Part shown: positions 12,870 through 23,954 of the stretch, one piece after another
Numbering within the stretch: the first letter of the stretch is position 1
Layout: each line of letters begins with the position of its first letter
Assembly (NCBI RefSeq): GCF_001194135.2
Contig: NC_068986.1
Span: 73,670,292-73,724,185, forward strand
Source: Octopus bimaculoides
Taxonomy: Eukaryota
Reading direction: 5' to 3'
DNA length: 53,894 nt
The notes under the pieces: model-generated
Seen by the model: the letters and a program-made list of their open reading frames with translations, nothing else
The model's database searches: none
Told to the model about the DNA's origin: nothing
Translations under genes and position numbers: made by a program

Positions 12870-13115
12870 ATTTGTGTGATCTTATAAAAAGAAAAATTGA
12901 TTGCCTTTAAAAATAGTTTTCAATTGGATGAGATATTGATTCAAGAAGCTTCTACTTCAAATTCCCTTATCACATTTCTGTATTTATAGTTCAGTAACAA
13001 TGAAATATTGTTTACTTTAGAAACGCAATGAAGCTTTTAAGTTGGTTGTAGTAACAAACATACACTGTCTGATATTGACCCAAAATTATTTTATGAGTTA
13101 AAACTTTTAAAACTT
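12870..13115 (+). mobile_element. Possible hAT transposase remnant
   Basis: Fragment SDIDPKLFYELKLLK resembles the hAT (ZMYM1-like) motif SDIDGxELxxELKLL. No other motif is clear. Confidence 0.3.
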
Positions 13116-13431
13116 AAATAACTGAATAATTATTTTCCAGATGATGGATATTAAAAAAAAAAAATTCCAGAATTATAAAAAGCAATCAAACTATGATATA
13201 AATTTTAATCTGTTTACCTGATCAATAGCATGGAAATTGAATCTGTTATTACTATTTTTTAAATAATTGTATTCTGTCTCAACATCCTTCTGTTTGTGCA
13301 GAAGTTGAAACTGGCTGCCAAATCTCACTCAAAGCACAGCTTACTTATGAATTTATGAGCAAATGAATGGTACCACTACTAGGTATCTCCAGTTGGGGAA
13401 AGAAACTTGGTCACATAATTTGACTAGCTTA

Positions 13432-13824
13432 TCCATTATAATAAATGTGAAATTTTATCTGTCTGTTTGTCCAGGACCCATGTAGCTCAGTCTACATTTG
13501 TTCTACATAGACATATTATACCTTTTTGGAATCAGGATGATCCTGGGATTGAAAATCTGCACTTCATTTGGTTCTTGAACATCCAGCATTGGGATCAGGT
13601 CTGGATGAGGATTTGTTATATGCTAACCGTTGAAAATTCAAATTTTAAAAGAACTCCAAAAATTTGTGAACTTACCAGTTTTTCATTAAAACTGAATTTA
13701 AAGTAATACCATGTTGGTCGGGGGTAATACCATATTTGGTAAGGTACCAATGAATGCTTTATTATTATTATTGCTCTCCTTAGTTTTAGGCTGCAGGCCC
13801 AATTAGTTCACTGCAGGAGTGTAG
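13432..13824 (+). mobile_element. Short non-autonomous Helitron, copy 1
   Basis: Starts A|TC, has a tctgtctg tract, and is homologous over about 380 bp to 31210-31560 (-). 3' end is degenerate. Confidence 0.65.
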
Positions 13825-14015
13825 CTTTTAAGCTAATATTCAAATACAAGGTGATGCTGTGTGTGTGTGTGTGTGTAAATGTGATCTTTCATTTTCTAAA
13901 AAAGTATTTGTTGGATTTTTTATTTTTAAATTGCATTACTTACTAAAATGTACAATTTACTAAATTTCTTTTGACCAGTCAAATCACTTGCTATCTTTTA
14001 CTGCATATGTGGAAA

Positions 14016-14180
14016 TAATATTGGTTTCAAATTTTGGCACAAAGCCAGCAATTTTGGTTGAAGGGGTTAAGTCAATTGCATCGCCCCCACCACACACACC
14101 ATGTTCAACTGGTAATTATTTCCTGGACCCCTAAAGGAACGAAAGGCAAAGTCGACCTCAATGGAAGTTGAACACAGAAG
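14016..14180 (-). mobile_element. SINE family B variant, partial
   Basis: aatattggtttcaaattttggcacaaagccagc...gaaaggcaaagtcgacctc. Related copies at 19675, 30962 and 43407. Confidence 0.8.
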
Positions 14181-15406
14181 GTTTGCATATATAAGGCAAT
14201 TCTATAAAAATGATTTGGGAAGATCCCTCAATTGATTACATGCAAAGAATGAAAAGTGACAGGGATTTAAATCACCCCTCCCCCATACACACTTCTCAGA
14301 CTTTAGTGCCAAATAGTTACATGGACACAATAGCAAGCAACCTTTGCTGAGAAAAGAATTTGCAGTTATCTCTACAGACCTTTAAAATTGCAGAGTAAAT
14401 AAGAGTCAGATCAGGTCAATGAATTTTTCTCCTGAGGAAAATATAAGCAATACAGATCATGGCTATTGGGATAACAATAAAACTGAGATGAACCCTCTGC
14501 CATTACATGAGCAAGCAGTTATCAATTATGATGAAAGAGAAGTAATGAGTTTAAAATGTAAACAACTGAAAGCACAATTAACAACAAAATTCAAATATTT
14601 ACACTAATAAAGAATTCCATGAGAGAACAATTTCCACACAAATTGATAGAAAACCTTCCATCATGGTGTCATCTGGGATGGATCGAGTAGCTAAGGAGAT
14701 CAAAATCCCATATTTTGGATATTGAATGCTCTTCTATTCTGTGCTGCAATTATCATTCACCAACAGATGTGAGTAACAAAGATAAATTTCCCTGGGTAAC
14801 ATGATGCTTATCCCTGGGTAGCAACTGCTGTTTCCTATTTGCTTACACCTAGAAAGCACAAAAAATGGTTAATACTTTCTTCAAGCGTTGCTCATGATCA
14901 AAGATGCACATATTGTCATCCACAAAGAGACATGCTCTGTGGTATTGAGAAGAATATTTGCTATAACGATATTTCTGCTTCAGCAACTCAGTGCTGAATC
15001 TGTCTGAAATGTAATGGAAAATAGGTCAGTTTGAAAACATTGATGTCCAGGTCACAAAAGCAAAGTTTGAAGGGAATAGTAGTCATTTCCTTTTATTTGT
15101 AGATAGAAGCAAATAGGAAATAACACTTACTGACCAAAAATAAAAAAAAACCAAAATAAATTAAAAATTTTGTTGCACAGTGTTATGAAAAGAAACAGTC
15201 AAAATGGATTAACTCTCTTCAGTAAAATATTGACAGACTCTGAAAAAATATTTGACAGCTAGACGCTATCATTAATTGCGAAGTAAATGATAAATTCATG
15301 AATACCCAGTCTAAAATCTATGGTAACTGTCAACACAAGACACTAATGGGAAAGCTAATCATGCTTAAACATTAACTGTGAGTAGTAAGTGAAAGTTTTT
15401 TAATTG

Positions 15407-15563
15407 GTGCAGGCGTAGCTGTGTGGTAAGAAGCTGGTTTTCCAACCACATGGTCCTGGGTTCAGTTCCACTGCATGACACCTTGGGCAGGTGTCTTCTA
15501 CTATAGCCTTTTGGCTAACTCAAGTGAGTAGATTTGGTAGACAAAAACTGGAAGAAGCCCACC

Positions 15564-15609
<46 letters not shown>

Positions 15610-15653
15610 NNNNNNNNNNNNNNNNNNNNNNNNNNNNNNNNNNNNNNNNNNNN

Positions 15654-15684
<31 letters not shown>

Positions 15685-16150
15685 ATGTGTGTGTGTGCAT
15701 GTGTGTGTGTGCCTGTGTGTGTCCTCGTTTGTATCCCACCACCACTTGACAACTGGTGCTAGTGTGTTTACATTCTCATAACATAGCCACTCAACAAAAG
15801 AGTCCAATAGAGTAAGTACCAGGAATTAACAAAAAAAAAACAAAAACAAAAAACAAAAAAGAAATATATATATATATACACTCTCTGAGTGGTTGGCGTT
15901 AGGAAGGGCATCCAGCTGTAGAAACTCTGCCAAATTTAGATTGGAGCCTGGTGTTGCCATCCGGTTTCACCAGTCCTCAGTCAAATCGTCCAACCCATGC
16001 TAGCATGGAAAGCAGACGTTAAACGATGATGATGATGATGATGATATATATATATAAGTACTGGGGTCGATACATTTGACTAAAAATTCTTAAAGGTAGT
16101 GCCCCAGCATGGCCACAATCTGATGACTGAAATATGTAAAATAAAAGAAA
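15407..16150 (+). mobile_element. SINE family A with a nested family C insertion
   Basis: A head at 15407, internal (TA)n/gap/(GT)n, 3' module interrupted between ...aaagaaata and taagtactggggtcg. Confidence 0.88.
15880..16046 (+). mobile_element. Family C short copy (RTE-like 3' tail, GAT repeats), well preserved
   Basis: ctctctgagtggttggcgttaggaagggcatccagctgtagaaac...gcatggaaagcagacgttaaacgatgatgat, flanked by (TA)n on both sides. Confidence 0.9.
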
Positions 16151-16289
16151 CAAAAGAAAAAATTGCAAAGACTACTGTGATTGATGACTTTGCACTGCAA
16201 AGCCATTGACTGCAAGTTTGCACTGAACCCACAAATGGTGTATTGGATCAAGGTCAGTCTTCCTTTGTCTTAAATGAAAGCTGTCAGGT

Positions 16290-16930
16290 TGTAAAAGCAC
16301 CTCGTCAGGATAATCTATAGTCGTTTTGCAGAGGAATCTGGAATGTGAACAAACAAGACAACTGTGATGTACTGTGGCTAGATGAGCCAGATTCCATTAC
16401 AGAGGATTATGCAGAACTATGTAAATGTCTGTCCTGAAACTTATAATATCAACAGTAAAATTTTCTAGATGGTTGCTGCAGAACTACCAAATGAGAGAAA
16501 TATGATAGTCAGTTATTGGTACATAAATATCACATCCTACGGTATAGCACTTGGTAATCTGTTGTAAATAGCAATAAGCAATAAAGGCGGAAATTGATGT
16601 ATCAAACTTATTGGTAGTTGCATATAAACACAAGGAGTTAAGATCCAGGAGATACATATGGCCTAAAACTACAGGCTCGTAGTGTTCTTGAATATGATGT
16701 ATATATGAATTATACATAAGTTGCTTGAATGCATTTCCCCAAGATCACAGTGAAATACATAATGAGATAATTGAAGAGCAGGCAGGAGGGAAGAACGTGG
16801 TTTAGGGTTGTGTTGGATAGTTCCTTCTTGACAAAGTTGTCCTTAAGGAAACAAAGCAACACTGCCAAATCTTCTGACTGTATGGCTTGACTACATGAAG
16901 CTGTTTGACTCTGTTCCTTACTCATGTAAA
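16290..16930 (+). mobile_element. R4/Dong-like non-LTR retrotransposon RT remnant
   Basis: Fragments GIWNVNKQDNCDVLWL, PKNYR..CLNMMY, and LLDKVVLKETKQ...WLDYMKLFDSVPYS (cf. R4-clade GCKDQLLIDK..AWIDYKKAFDSVPHSW). Confidence 0.65.
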
Positions 16931-17705
16931 ATAGAATTACTATGCTTTGCATGCATACATACAAAACCAAATGTGAAAGCCAACTTCAATGACTTTAAAA
17001 TAATATATTTGTATTTGCATTTTGTTAACAAATTTGATTTTAAATTTGATGATATAGAGTTTCAATTTATCACCTGAACTTAGAGGTTATTATGTAGTTG
17101 TATCACATATAAAATTGGATAGTAAGTTTCTATCTTCATGTCTTCTTAGGATGACAAATTGACACATTTCTATCAAATTTTACCTCTAAACTTGATTGCT
17201 GTTTGAGATTCTACCCCACCCCGCCCCATGGCTGCATATATTTGAGATTAACTACTATCACCTCTTGTAAAGGCTTGATATTTCTTATGCATGATATCCA
17301 TTAAAATTTCGGTATTTCTTATATGGGATATTCATAAAAATATTCACTGTTTCTGAAGATAAAATTCTATATACTCTTTGATCTTCCCTTCTTAAATAGT
17401 TTCCTGAAAGCAGAATGATCCTATAAACACACATCGAGCTTATCAGTTAGTACTGACCTCAATCACTTCTACTGAATGTCTTTACTTACATATTCAAACA
17501 CAAACTGTCTCTGATCAACACTGATAAAGAAAAAATCTACAAATAATATATTGATTTCTGTCAGTGTAAAATGTTTTAGTACCTACCAGCTAATACTGTA
17601 TGCCTGCCTGTATGGCACCAATCTTTCTAATCTAATGTTTCATCTAAAGTTGAGATGAAGCTCACGTGCTCTTTTTTGCACGCCACCTATTTTTTTGTAG
17701 ATCAC

Positions 17706-17737
<32 letters not shown>

Positions 17738-17749
17738 NNNNNNNNNNAC

Positions 17750-17789
<40 letters not shown>

Positions 17790-17792
<3 letters not shown>

Positions 17793-17975
17793 CATTAACA
17801 CTTAATGCCTATTTTCCATGTTGGCACGGATTGGACGGCTTGGCAAGACCAGCAAGGCCAGGGGCTGTACCAGGTTCCGTTGTCTGTTTTGGCTTGGTTT
17901 CTATAGCTGGATGCCCTTCCTAACACCAATCACTTTACCGAGTGCACTGGATGCTTTTTTATGTGGCACCAGCCT
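17790..17975 (-). mobile_element. Family C short copy
   Basis: ttttccatgttggcacggattggacgg...ctatagctggatgcccttcctaacaccaatcact. Confidence 0.85.
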
Positions 17976-18317
17976 CAAACATATATATGTATATTTAAAA
18001 TTCTTCTCTATCATTTCACCAATTCCACCAATACCAGTTATCAAATCGTTCCACTTTTATTTTATTGGTTCTTGGTACAGTTAAAGTTAATTAAACTTTG
18101 GCATTAAGTGACCTCTTAAATTGTCCTCAACATTATGTGAACTCTTACATTGTCCTTGACATAAAGTAAATTCTTAACAGTAAAGATTTCCTTACAGCTA
18201 TAAACCAGTTGACATTTGTATTGTTTTACATATTGAAAGTTTTATATGAATCATTTCATATATTTTCACTAATTGCTAATTTATATCTTTTCTCTTTCTT
18301 TTTTTTTTACATTACAG

Positions 18318-18357
18318 GTGAGTACTCACGTTTAGTGTAGTAGGTGTGCAGTTACAG
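18318..18357 (+). other. Candidate 40-nt non-coding (5'UTR or RS) exon beginning with a 5' splice site
   Basis: Branch-like GCTAAT at 18275-18280, AG-free pyrimidine tract, TTACAG|GTGAGT at 18317/18318, second donor CAG|GTAAAG at 18357/18358. Stop codons in all three frames. Confidence 0.6.
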
Positions 18358-18554
18358 GTAAAGTGTCAATTTATAAATAACTAACTACACTCATCATCAT
18401 CATCATCATCATTGTTGTTGTTGTTATCATCACTGCCATCATTGGCAACAACTGCAACATCATTTATAGCTTGATTTATTTTGAGTTCTTCGATTAAAAA
18501 TTAATTATTCCATATTGTCTTGGCGATTTTAAGTTCTTCTATGACATAACAGAC

Positions 18555-18717
18555 ATAGCTGTGTGGTAAGAAGCTTGCTTCCCAACCACATGGTTCTGGG
18601 TTTAGTCCCACTGTGTAACACCTTGGGCAAGTGTCTTTTACTATAGCCTTGGGCTGACCAAAGACTTGTGGGTGGATTTGGTAGGTGGAAAATAAAAGAA
18701 GCCTATATATTTATCTA

Positions 18718-18750
<33 letters not shown>

Positions 18751-18990
18751 TTATCTATGTGTGTGTATCTTTGGGTCTGTGTATGTCTCCCACCACTGCT
18801 TGACAGCCTGTGTTGGTTTGTTTACGTCCCTGTAACTTAACAGTTCAACAAAAAGAGACTAATAGAGTAAGTGTCAGGCTTGAAAAAAAAAAAAAACCTA
18901 AGTACTGGGGTTGATTTATTTGACTAAAAGTTCCTCAAAGCAATGCCACAATATGGTTACAGTCTTATGACTGAAACAGATAAAAGATAA
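18555..18990 (+). mobile_element. SINE family A, full length, internal (TCTG)n
   Basis: Head, body and 3' module all present. Confidence 0.9.
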
Positions 18991-19164
18991 CATACAATTC
19001 TTGCCAGTGAGAACAAACTTCTAAAATGAAATATTTTGGTCCAATGATAGAAAGTCTGTCGTGTTAACAGAAGATGAGGGTTTGTGTCCCACAAGCAGCT
19101 TTTGACTTTTCCTATCCAAAAGGGGTTTTTAACCCAATATTTATTACATGCTACTATTTATAGC

Positions 19165-19375
19165 TTTATCCATTCAGCTGGAAAAAATGAGTAGTGTCTG
19201 TAATTCAAAGGACCAGCCTTTTCCCACCCTGTGTCACACTAAATCTACCTGAGAACTACGTTAAGGGTACACATGTCTGTGGAATGCTCAGCCACTTGCA
19301 CATAAATTTCACAAGCTGGCTGTTCTGTTGATTGGATCAACTGGAACCCTCATCGTTGTGACTGACGGAGTGCTA
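19165..19375 (+). mobile_element. SINE family D, 3' part
   Basis: cattcagctggaaaaaatgagtag...gagaactacgttaagggtacacatgtctgtgg...gacggagtgcta. Confidence 0.85.
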
Positions 19376-19377
19376 AT

Positions 19378-19551
19378 TTCCTTATTTCTTTATTGCCCAC
19401 AAGGGGCTAAACATAGAGGGGACAAACAAGGACAGACAAAGGGATTGTCGATTAGATCAACCCCAGTGCGTAACTGGTACTTTATTTATCGACCCCGAAA
19501 GGATGAAAGGCAAAGTCTACCCCGGCGTGCTAACGTTTCTGCCAGCTCGTA
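19378..19551 (-). mobile_element. SINE family B with internal deletion
   Basis: Reverse complement of the 7338-7560 element, lacking part of the tRNA-like head. Confidence 0.85.
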
Positions 19552-19674
19552 GGAGTGCTAATTTCCACCTACCTTGATTTCTACTGTTAAAAATGAATTA
19601 TTTCACATTTTTTCAATGTTTCTGAATTCTTATGTATCCATCATCATTCTTATTATCTTATTGTGGTCATCACA

Positions 19675-19885
19675 TAAATTTGGTTTCAAATTTTGACACA
19701 AGGCCAGCAATTTTGAGAGAGAGGGTAAGTTGACTACAATGACCCCAGTGCTCAACTAGTACTTATTTTATTGATCTTGAAAGAACAAAAAGCAAAGTTG
19801 GCCTTGGAGGGAATTGAATTCAGGGCATAAAAACACGAAATGCTGGTAAACATTTTGTTTGCATGTTAACAATTCTACCAATCAT
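19675..19885 (-). mobile_element. SINE family B variant
   Basis: ttggtttcaaattttgacacaaggccagc...gaccccagtgctcaactagtacttatttt...tgttaacaattctacc. Confidence 0.8.
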
Positions 19886-20169
19886 CATGTGATTTTAATT
19901 TAAGTTAATAGATCTAAATGCAAAAAAGACTCTGACCTCAAAGACTTACTGGCAGTGGTTCGTCATTCTGGTTGATGAACTGTTGTTAGTGAAACTTTAA
20001 AGTTACTGTCACTTTAGATTTCTCTCTAATAAATTATTTAGACCCATCATTTCTGCTTGATAATTTATCTAAACCTTTCATTTGTAATAATTCTTTTCAA
20101 GATGAATGTTGTGTTAAAGAAGTTTTGGATCTATTTTAAAACGGAGGCCACAATTTTCATTAATGTTTT

Positions 20170-20530
20170 ACGTAGTGTTTTTGGTACGGAAAGACTTTCA
20201 AACTTCGTATATTTATCTATTTTGTGTTATAGAACAGAAAAATATTTTTGTATTCGAATTTATTTCATGTAAAAAATTGTCTTATTTCGATAATTTCAAC
20301 CAATCACTGACAAGTATTCAGTTGTTTACATTTACTCCTTTGGCTGATTAAGTGATGTAAAGCGTATTTAATCTCCATACCTTCGTTTTATTTGCTTTTT
20401 TCATTTTAAATTTGCTTTAACCCTAACCCTAACCCTAACCTTAGGGTTAGGGTTAATTGTTCAGTGATTGGTTGAAATTACAGAAATACGACAANNNNNN
20501 NNNNTCCGAAGTTTTTAATAACACTAACTT
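20170..20530. mobile_element. Foldback/MITE-like element containing TTAGGG repeats
   Basis: Inverted arms 20277-20313 and 20457-20494, palindromic (CCCTAA)n/(TTAGGG)n at 20417-20456, abuts a 10-N gap. Confidence 0.6.
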
Positions 20531-20538
20531 CAAATAAT

Positions 20539-20926
20539 GTTGTTGTTGTTGGCACTCCGTTGCTTACATCGAGAGTTCCAGTTGATCCAATCAACGGAAC
20601 AGCCTGCTTGTGAAATTAACGTGCAAGTGGCTGAGCACTCCACAGACATGTGTACCCTTAATATAGTTCTTGGGGATATTCAGTGTGACACAGTGTGACA
20701 AGGTTGAACCTTTGAATTACAGGCACAACAGAAACAGGAAGTAAGAGTGAGAGAAAGTTGTGGTGAAAGAGTACAGCAGGGTTCTCCACCATCCCCTGCC
20801 GGAGCCTCGTGGAGCTTTAGGTGTTTTTGCTCAATAAACACTCACAACACCCTGTCTGGGAATTGAAACCGCGATCCTATGACTGCGAGTTCGCTGCCCT
20901 AACCACTGGGCCATTGCACCTCCACC
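20539..20926 (-). mobile_element. SINE family D variant, complete, with TSD
   Basis: 13-bp TSD AACTTCAAATAAT at 20526-20538 and 20927-20939, (CAA)n tail, tRNA-like head. Confidence 0.92.
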
Positions 20927-21769
20927 AACTTCAAATAATAATGTTAATTGAATGATTCGGTGGTAACTGTGCTTAATGCATGTAAGTGAATCAAGGGTGC
21001 TGGAATAATGACCTTGTGAAATAAGGAACAGAAATCAAGCAGTTTGCATTAAGGCCTGTCCTCTTTATTTTCAGTCATTGCTTAAATTCCTCACTCAGTT
21101 TTGATGAAAGGTGATGTCTTCTCTTGATTAGAGAGCAGCTGTTTATAATAGTAAAATTAATGTTATTGTATTTGAAATGCTAATTGGATATAATCATCAA
21201 ATTAATATGATCACACAAAATAATGAGAGTCGAAGTAATAATGTATATATTCATTCTGAACACATTCTTCCAGACTTGATCGTGAATATAGCTTTTTTGT
21301 TGTTGTTCGATTAAGTTTTTAGAGATTGGCTTTTCCCCTTGGACAATGTATATAAACAGTATGATGCTTTGGTGATGTCAGTAGATTCTCTGACACCAAT
21401 GTTTTTACATAGTTGTGCCTCCTCTGTGATAGGCACTGTCAAGAGATCTCAAGCTAGATGAGAAAAACTGTTCTTGTTCATAACAACAATTTTGTTTGCT
21501 AAATTGCACACATCATCATACACAGAACAGTGAAAATCAAAACAATGATGTAAACAACACATTTGTTACAGATAGAAACAATTGTTCCCATCTGGCCCCA
21601 GAGTTCTGAGGAGGACAACCATATTGAAACACAGGTGTAAGAGTTTGCTGATGTGATGTAACTGGAGCAAATGTATTGTTTACACACATCATTTAAAAGG
21701 AGAAATCAGCAAAACACAGTTTACAATATACTTGCTGAGTTAGTGAAGAAGGAATCAGTAAATAAATAT

Positions 21770-22530
21770 AGGTGCATGCATGACTGGGATTAAGAAGCTT
21801 TTTTCCTCAAACATTTGATCTTGGATCAAATCCCACTGCATGGTAGCTTAGGCAAGTGTTTTTTACTATAGCCAAAAAGTGACCATAGCCTTGTGAGTAG
21901 GTTTGTTAGAAGGAAACTGAAAGAAGCCTGTTGTGTGTGTATGTGTATGTGTGTGTGCATGTGTGTATATATTTGCATGCTTCCTACAGCATTATGAGTA
22001 TTTTAACTCTTATTTCTAGCAATGTAGGTGTCTTGGCAGCCTTAGTCACATTTAGTGATGGCTGAATTTTTCCTTTATGGTATTGCATTGCACTTAACTG
22101 TTTATATGTGTGTGTGTGTGTGCATGTGTGTGTCTATTTATTGGTGTATTTATGTCCCTATAACTTCACAGTTCAGCAAAAGACACCGATAGAATTCTTT
22201 TATTCTTTTATTCTGTTACTAGCTTCAGCTAGAGGCTGGGGCCATGCTGCAGTATGGCCTTTCAAAAAAAAGTAAGTGATACCATTGCCTTGAACTCGAA
22301 CTCACAACTTCTGCTTATTTCCTGACTTGTGAATTAACACTAGGAGGATACTGTCTATAAGTATGGTGCGCTATCCTATTGGGCCACCGGGGCAGACTAC
22401 ATACCAGGTTTCAAAATAAGAAATAACTAAATATTGGGGCTGATTCATTTGATTGAAAAATTTCTTCAAGACAATGCCCCACCATAGTCTAATGACTGAA
22501 ACAAGGAAAAGATAAAAGATAAAAAAAGAA
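21770..22530 (+). mobile_element. Degenerate SINE family A with a nested pre-tRNA-derived insert
   Basis: A head at about 21770. The 3' module is split at accgatagaa | taccagg. Confidence 0.75.
22286..22393 (-). pseudogene. tRNA-Ile-TAT: Intron-containing tRNA-Ile(UAU) pseudogene
   Basis: Minus strand reads GCCCCGGTGGCCCAATAGGATAGCGCACCATACT-TAT-A, then a 39-nt intron starting GACAGTA, then AAGCAGAAGTTGTGAGTTCGAG..GGCA. It parallels metazoan Ile-TAT genes (GCTCCAGTGGCGCAATCGGTTAGCGCGCGGTACTTATA-intron-ATGCCGAGGTTGTGAGTTCGAG). The 3' T-arm and acceptor stem are partly deleted. Confidence 0.8.
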
Positions 22531-23229
22531 GAAATCCACAGTGAAGTTAGTGTTGCAGTGAGATTATTGTGATGTATTCAATATAAGGAATAGTAATTAT
22601 CTTAACCAGAAATTAACATGTGTAAAAATATTTGTTTTGACAACGCTAGCCAATGTTTGTAATTTGAAGCTCATTGCAGTCCCTGATAGCAAGGAAAGCA
22701 AGAAGGATAAGAAAGTGGTGGTGGTGGTGGTGGAAAGTAGGTGTGGAATATTAAACAACAAAAGCAACAACAACAACAACAACAATGACAACATGAATGG
22801 TGTATAGAAGGTAGAAAACTAAAGTAAACCATTGTCTTGAAATAATCTTTTCTGTCATTTACCAATATGAAACGGGGGGAAAAACTATTGGAGGGTAAAA
22901 CATCAGGAATATTTATGGAACATAATTGTAATAATAGAATATTCTTGTAACAATAGAATATTGCAAAAAATAGTAGATCTCTTGTCATCATCATCATAGT
23001 CATACTCATCATCATCATCATTGTTGTCATCAGTATCAACACATGATTTGAAGTTACAGGTTCAATGGTAAAGCATCTGTTTATGGTAAGTAAGAGGAGT
23101 AGAAAATTGCTGGAATACAATACTGTTGGATATGAAACACCATTATCGGAATAGCAGAAGATTTTCAGAGATTCCAAGGGAACTGAGCAAGATTTATCAG
23201 CCAGCTGAAGACGCTATTATAAGCACATT

Positions 23230-23430
23230 CTTTTCTTTTTATTCTTGCCTTTACTAGTTTCACTTACTGGTTAGTTTGTGGTCATACTGGAGCGCTGTCC
23301 TTTTATTTAATTGATTGAATCAAAGCCTGGTACTTATTTAAGTCTGTAACTTATTCCACCATACTCCCTTTTTGCTGAATTGGTAAGTTGCAGAGATATA
23401 AATAAACACACACAGACATACACATTTGTG
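23230..23430 (-). mobile_element. SINE family A, 3' module
   Basis: ttcttttctttttattcttg...ggtcatactggagc...ctggtacttattt...taagttgcagagatataaataaacac. Confidence 0.7.
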
Positions 23431-23469
23431 TGTGTGTGTGTGTGTGTGTCTATATATGTTATGTGTGTG

Positions 23470-23504
<35 letters not shown>

Positions 23505-23954
23505 NNNNNNNNNNNNNNNNNNNNNNNNNNNNNNNNNNNNNNNNNNNNNNNNNNNNNNNNNNNNNNNNNNNNNNNNNNNNNNNNNNNNNNNNNNNNNNNN
23601 NNNNNNNNNNNNNNNNNNNNNNNNNNNNNNNNNNNNNNNNNNNNNNNNNNNNNNNNNNNNNNNNNNNNNNNNNNNNNNNNNNNNNNNNNNNNNNNNNNNN
23701 NNNNNNNNNNNNNNNNNNNNNNNNNNNNNNNNNNNNNNNNNNNNNNNNNNNNNNNNNNNNNNNNNNNNNNNNNNNNNNNNNNNNNNNNNNNNNNNNNNNN
23801 NNNNNNNNNNNNNNNNNNNNNNNNNNNNNNNNNNNNNNNNNNNNNNNNNNNNNNNNNNNNNNNNNNNNNNNNNNNNNNNNNNNNNNNNNNNNNNNNNNNN
23901 NNNNNNNNNNNNNNNNNNNNNNNNNNNNNNNNNNNNNNNNTATATATATATATA

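Noticed and set aside
13302-13382. Possible 81-nt UTR exon
   Set aside because: Good acceptor but only weak donors (GTACCA, GTATCT). Cannot be supported without RNA data.
19950-19979. Minus-strand 30-nt microexon (FINQNDEPLP) with GTAAGT donor
   Set aside because: The acceptor lacks a pyrimidine tract, CTAAC is too close to the AG, and it is opposite to the two better-supported exons.
20417-20456. Telomere fusion scar
   Set aside because: Wrong repeat orientation for an end-to-end fusion, very short, and embedded in a foldback element.
23060-23091. 26-nt exon ending in ATG|GTAAGT
   Set aside because: No pyrimidine tract at the acceptor.
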